Program-made: the position numbers and the translations under genes
Notes under the pieces: generated by a model
Database searches by the model: none
What the model was told of the DNA's origin: nothing
The model's input: only the letters and a program-made list of their open reading frames with translations
Origin: Phoronis australis
Taxonomy: Eukaryota > Animalia > Phoronida
Length of the DNA stretch: 64,000 nt
Assembly: GCA_002633005.1 (NCBI GenBank)
Contig: NMRA01000123.1
Coordinates: 340,364 to 404,363 of the forward strand
Direction: 5' to 3'
Part shown: in pieces, positions 59,679 to 64,000 of the stretch
How the letters are laid out: every line of letters begins with the position of its first letter
How positions within the stretch are numbered: the stretch's first letter is position 1

Positions 59679-60654
59679 CACCAACTTGCAAGACTACTGA
59701 GGCATCTTGACTGGCCTTACAAGAATTAAGATTTCTTCGGAATCGCTTACAGGCTGATCTTGGGCATTTTCAATTGGAAACCAGCATATGGCATAGCATG
59801 TTGTAGAAGAAACTTATAAAGCGTGGTCTGCATGTATAACACAGTGTTACTCAGAACAGTTCCTAAAATACAATATATCAGAGCGTAACCTGTGTATATC
59901 AATAGAAAACACAAATTTTACTTTTCAACAGTCCTGTGTATTTGTTGTGAAATCCTCTCTTGTTTCTGATTTTTTCTAGGAGTTATGTAGTTAGTTCAGC
60001 GACAATACGTTCAACCTAACGAACTGTTTGCAATGCCTCCTTGAGCCATCACAGGGAAAGAAGCATGGTTGAATAAACTATGTATGGTGTGAATTTTCTG
60101 GATTAGTGTGCACCCAACAAGCTGTCCTTGTTTGGCAATTCTAATTTAAAGTGTATAAAACTCCCTGCTTCCATTATTTGTACATGCAAATCTACGTAAT
60201 GGCCCTTACGTCTGCACTCAACCATTTGCAGATACGACGTTCTTTACAGAACAATAATCCTTGATTTCAATACATAGATTTTTGGGACACCTTGTAATAC
60301 TTAAAAATTCTGGAGGATGTTATTAATAAATCCAAAATCTCGAAATATGTGTAAATGGTATTTTCAGAAACTGTACATCGTGCTGTCTCAGGTTATCTTC
60401 CAATGAGTATTTTGTCGGTATCTGAAGCTTTCCTCATTTAGTCTTCAGCGAAAAAAGTTGCTTTTGTAAGTTTCAACGATTAAAAGTACAATTACCAGGT
60501 ATACATCTAAATTTTCTTTCTTTTCACAGTAGAATGAACTCACGTGATGATTATAGTCATGAACAAAACATAATGTATGAACATGAAACATCAAGATAGA
60601 ATTGCGCGTCATTAATACTCGACAACCTAACAGCAGAAACAAGTGTTGACAGAG

Positions 60655-61370
60655 CTACCCAGTAAAACAGACTTGGCATTCATCCAGGTCTTCCAATAGA
60701 TCGGATCTGAAGTCGTTTCCGTCAACTGTTCGTGCGTCTCCGCCCAACAGCAACATCCACAGGAGGGAGCCATGCGAGAAGAGAAGACAATGACTGCAAG
60801 GGTACACCAGTTTTTTGTCCATCTGAAACTTTATGTCAAGAACGCTTTCGCGCAAATCTGGAGCTCCGTTTGCCTTTGTGTAGAGCCAAGCTATAATCAA
60901 TGTCTTAAGAAATATAACGTGACCAGCTCTCTTTATGGGAACCCGATGGAAGTGCCGATGATCCAAACTCATTCAGAGCAGACACCCACTGCATTGTAAT
61001 GTCATCGCATACAGCTTCTCCCACTAGATCACTTGCGTGTCTGCCAATACCCAAAGGAGCATGTATTTTGCCCAAGAAAGTGAGCAATATTGTGCATCCG
61101 TCCACCGAGCCGCTATATTGTACCAAACACGCCCACTCTTGCCGGGATGAGTTCACATTCGATAACTGGCTCATTTACATTACAGGTAGATCGTAAATGC
61201 TCTGTTACACTTCTTGTGCAAATCCCCGCTTTGAAAAGACCTCTTCGTGTGAGCATTTTGAAGGTCAATACCTTTTAAAACTGCACACTGCATAAGTCAT
61301 ATTTCCATGGACAGGAGGTTCTACTACTGTAACGCCACAAGGTTTCACATGCTGAAAATACCCTCTGTAC
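60655..61370 (-). pseudogene. Decayed transposon-derived coding fragment (Cys-containing, possibly CxC/KDZ-transposase-like)
   Basis: Overlapping broken frames ...QEWACLVQYSGSVDG...KTLIIAWLY...LDIKFQMDKKLVYPCSHC...LLLGGDA... Paralogous DNA at 58241-58722. Confidence 0.4.
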
Positions 61371-63249
61371 TGATATTCTTATGAAAACTTTGTTACAAGC
61401 ATCCTGCCTGAGACCAAAATATTTGTAAACAAGACACTTCTACACGCTTAATAATGTTTCTACTACCAATTAAAGCTTCCGGTCACTTTTTGTGTTTAAT
61501 GAGCAATTACAACAAGTACATAAGATTTGACAACTAAAATGCGCATTTTTAGTTAATTTCTAAGCATAAAATCAAAAATAAAAGACATTTTTTGGTATTT
61601 ATTGTAGTAGGCTTTATTCACCGTCTATAGATTTCAAGTCATGTTGTTACAGCTTGTTATATCCTTAATGATAACTTACTTTGAGTTTAGGTGGCAAGAC
61701 AAAACGAGTGCCCCACAAAGTGGTTAATTTCGTTTTGTTGAAAGTCATACTGTATTCTTGGACTGAGACCAGTCTTAGATATATCATTGTTTGCCCAATA
61801 CCTGACCCTACTCTATACATCGAGGAAGAGTGGAAAAAATTATAGTTTCATACACAAAGTTTGCTACCATTTTTCAATCAAGGAACCACCCCTTCAACAA
61901 AAGTCCTAAGAAATTAACAGCTCACGTTTGAGATTTTATTGAAGGATTTTTGCCCGCATTTTTCAATGACTTATTCCTGGGCTGCGTCACCAATCAAGCA
62001 AAATTGTGAAATTGATTACAGCAAATTATATTGAGTAATGGATAAAAATCTGAGGAAGTTTTTTAATGTAAATTTCTGAGTTGCCGGGCTTTTAGCGTGT
62101 CGATCGGGTGAGTTCAAACGAACTTAATTTTCAGGGATGAATGTTATACATTCGTACACATTGTTAAATACCAGTCTCTCATCTACACTTATAAGCCCTG
62201 TTAACAAGAGATGTTATTTTAAGGTGATTTTTTGCATGTTTCAAGTGAAAATTTCGCAAGGGCATCAAAATAGACGGAGAGGTCAATGAGTGGATTATTG
62301 CAGATTGTTTTGTTCGAGGTGGATAAGGATCGCGTACACTGTTTTGGTTGCATAGGTCATAAATACTTGCCACTTTGCATGAACCGGAATCTTGTGCTTC
62401 AGGGCACGAGATCGAGCCTTTAACAACGACTCAAATATTCCACTCGTTCTTAGTTCTAGCTTTTCTACACTCCAATCAATTGTTCGTGAAATAGAGACGT
62501 ACATGTACAGTTTTCACCAAACCGCAATCAAGCTACAAAATATCAAGTCTTAGAGAAAACAAAAGTTTTAAGATAACTTTTCTAGAGTTTATAGCCCCTA
62601 ACGAATCGAGGGGCGCCCCAAACATAGGATCTATGATACCTTGCTGCGTGAATAAACACCACTCTTAGATGAGGAATCGGCTTGCTGAAGACGCACTGTT
62701 CGCCCTATAAGTGCACATACTCAATCACATAGGGGCGCAGCAATAAAAAAGTGGGCTGCTAAAGCCAACACCCCTCCTGTGGTGCACCACCTATAGACCT
62801 TAACTGGGCGGTGCAGCACTAAAAAAGTGGGGGGGCTATAGCCTACCAGCCCCCTATGGTGCTCGGCCCATTGATCACAATGTCTATTCACCATTTCCGG
62901 CAAACCTTGTTTGTCCAGCACGTGACTTCGATGTCGCCAGCAGAACGTAACTGGTTGCACACGTACAGTAGGTTGATTTTAAAATACCGTCAACTTCGTA
63001 CAAATTGATGTTAAAAGCAATCGACCACGCGAGAAAAAAGAAGGTCATCTACATACAGCACCACGTCACATACCATGGCAATCAATATGTGTCGTCATAC
63101 AACGTAGTACAGTGTACATGTATATCGTTATTAATAATTCCCCGTTACGTAAACATTAACGAAAAAATTAAACTATATGGAGACTAGCCGCATTCTTAAA
63201 CTGAGAGAAATGGGCGTGTTTAGATTAGTCAGGTGACGCTGCAAAAGGT

Positions 63250-64000
63250 ACCCGCTCATCCAAAACCTTTACGGCTAACAGATGGCGCTTTTCATCAATG
63301 ACGTGTCATTTTATCGCTCAAGTAAGACTGTCTGCCACAGAATCTTAACCAAGAACCTTGACCTACATTCTGCTGCTGCTGACAGACTGTAACCACAGGT
63401 CACGAGAGTTCATGAACCAGACAGTGTATGTCCTGATGAGTGGCGAATTAATTTGTGTGGAAAAGAAATCTTTGTGTCCGACATTCCATGTTTAAAATCC
63501 CATTTGTAACAACTATTTATAACATATAATTAAGATGAAAGTGTTAATAATATACGCTGTTGTGGTTGCTCGGCCTAAACGCTGGGGTAAAATATATACA
63601 TGTATTCAATGAACGTGACCATGGTGAGGCTACTAAACCGGGCCCGGCCACTTTTCCGCCCGGCGAGATTTTGGCAACTTCACAACCATAATTTTAATTA
63701 GGTTGAAACATAACCACTATATTTTTTAAATTATGCTTGAATTGTACATGGTGATATACATGTTAGGTTTTATTCTCTGCGATATTTTCTTTTTCGTTCA
63801 GTGTCTCGTTAGCCAACAACACTGAGCCCAGCAGACCGGACTGGCTGTGGCACGACACGGCACCTGATGGTTCACCAAGTAGAAACACAAGATTCAGTTC
63901 ACACAAGAATGTCACATGACTGTAAGCAGCGCTGCCTGTTAGTAAAGCATCATTGCATCCAGCGCCATCTGTTTGCCGTAAAGGTTTTGGATGAGCGGGT
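63250..64000. mobile_element. ~750-bp MITE with 40-bp TIRs (probable TA target site)
   Basis: acccgctcatccaaaacctttacggctaacagatggcgct (63250-63289) versus agcgccatctgtttgccgtaaaggttttggatgagcgggt (63961-64000): 39/40 inverted match. Confidence 0.85.

Overview
This is eukaryotic (metazoan, probably invertebrate) genomic DNA, not prokaryotic. It has GT-AG introns, abundant decayed transposons and assembly gaps (N-run 46007-46124, plus single Ns). Almost the whole window is spanned by ONE minus-strand gene that the ORF track only shows in fragments. I could splice 17 exons by hand (55039 -> 1), every junction canonical and phase-compatible, into one open frame of about 1650 aa. The frame is open at both ends: the signal peptide and first Ig were not found, and the C-terminus runs off position 1. 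Architecture: four divergent L1/neuroglian-type Ig domains (Ig2-, Ig3-, Ig4- and Ig6-like), then NINE PAN/apple-like domains, then one transmembrane helix with an RRRRK stop-transfer, then a >490-aa cytoplasmic region of ~65-aa alpha-helical repeats. Each PAN domain is its own symmetric phase 1-1 exon and carries an unusual vicinal Cys-Cys. The TM and cytoplasmic repeats sit in one giant exon. I do not recognise this Ig-PAN(9)-TM-helical-repeat receptor as a described family; it is the main candidate novelty. The introns hold a Gypsy-type LTR element, LINE, Penelope, Tc1/mariner and pogo-like remnants, a YqaJ-carrying DNA element family and many MITEs. Domain and family names come from motif recognition by eye, not database searches.
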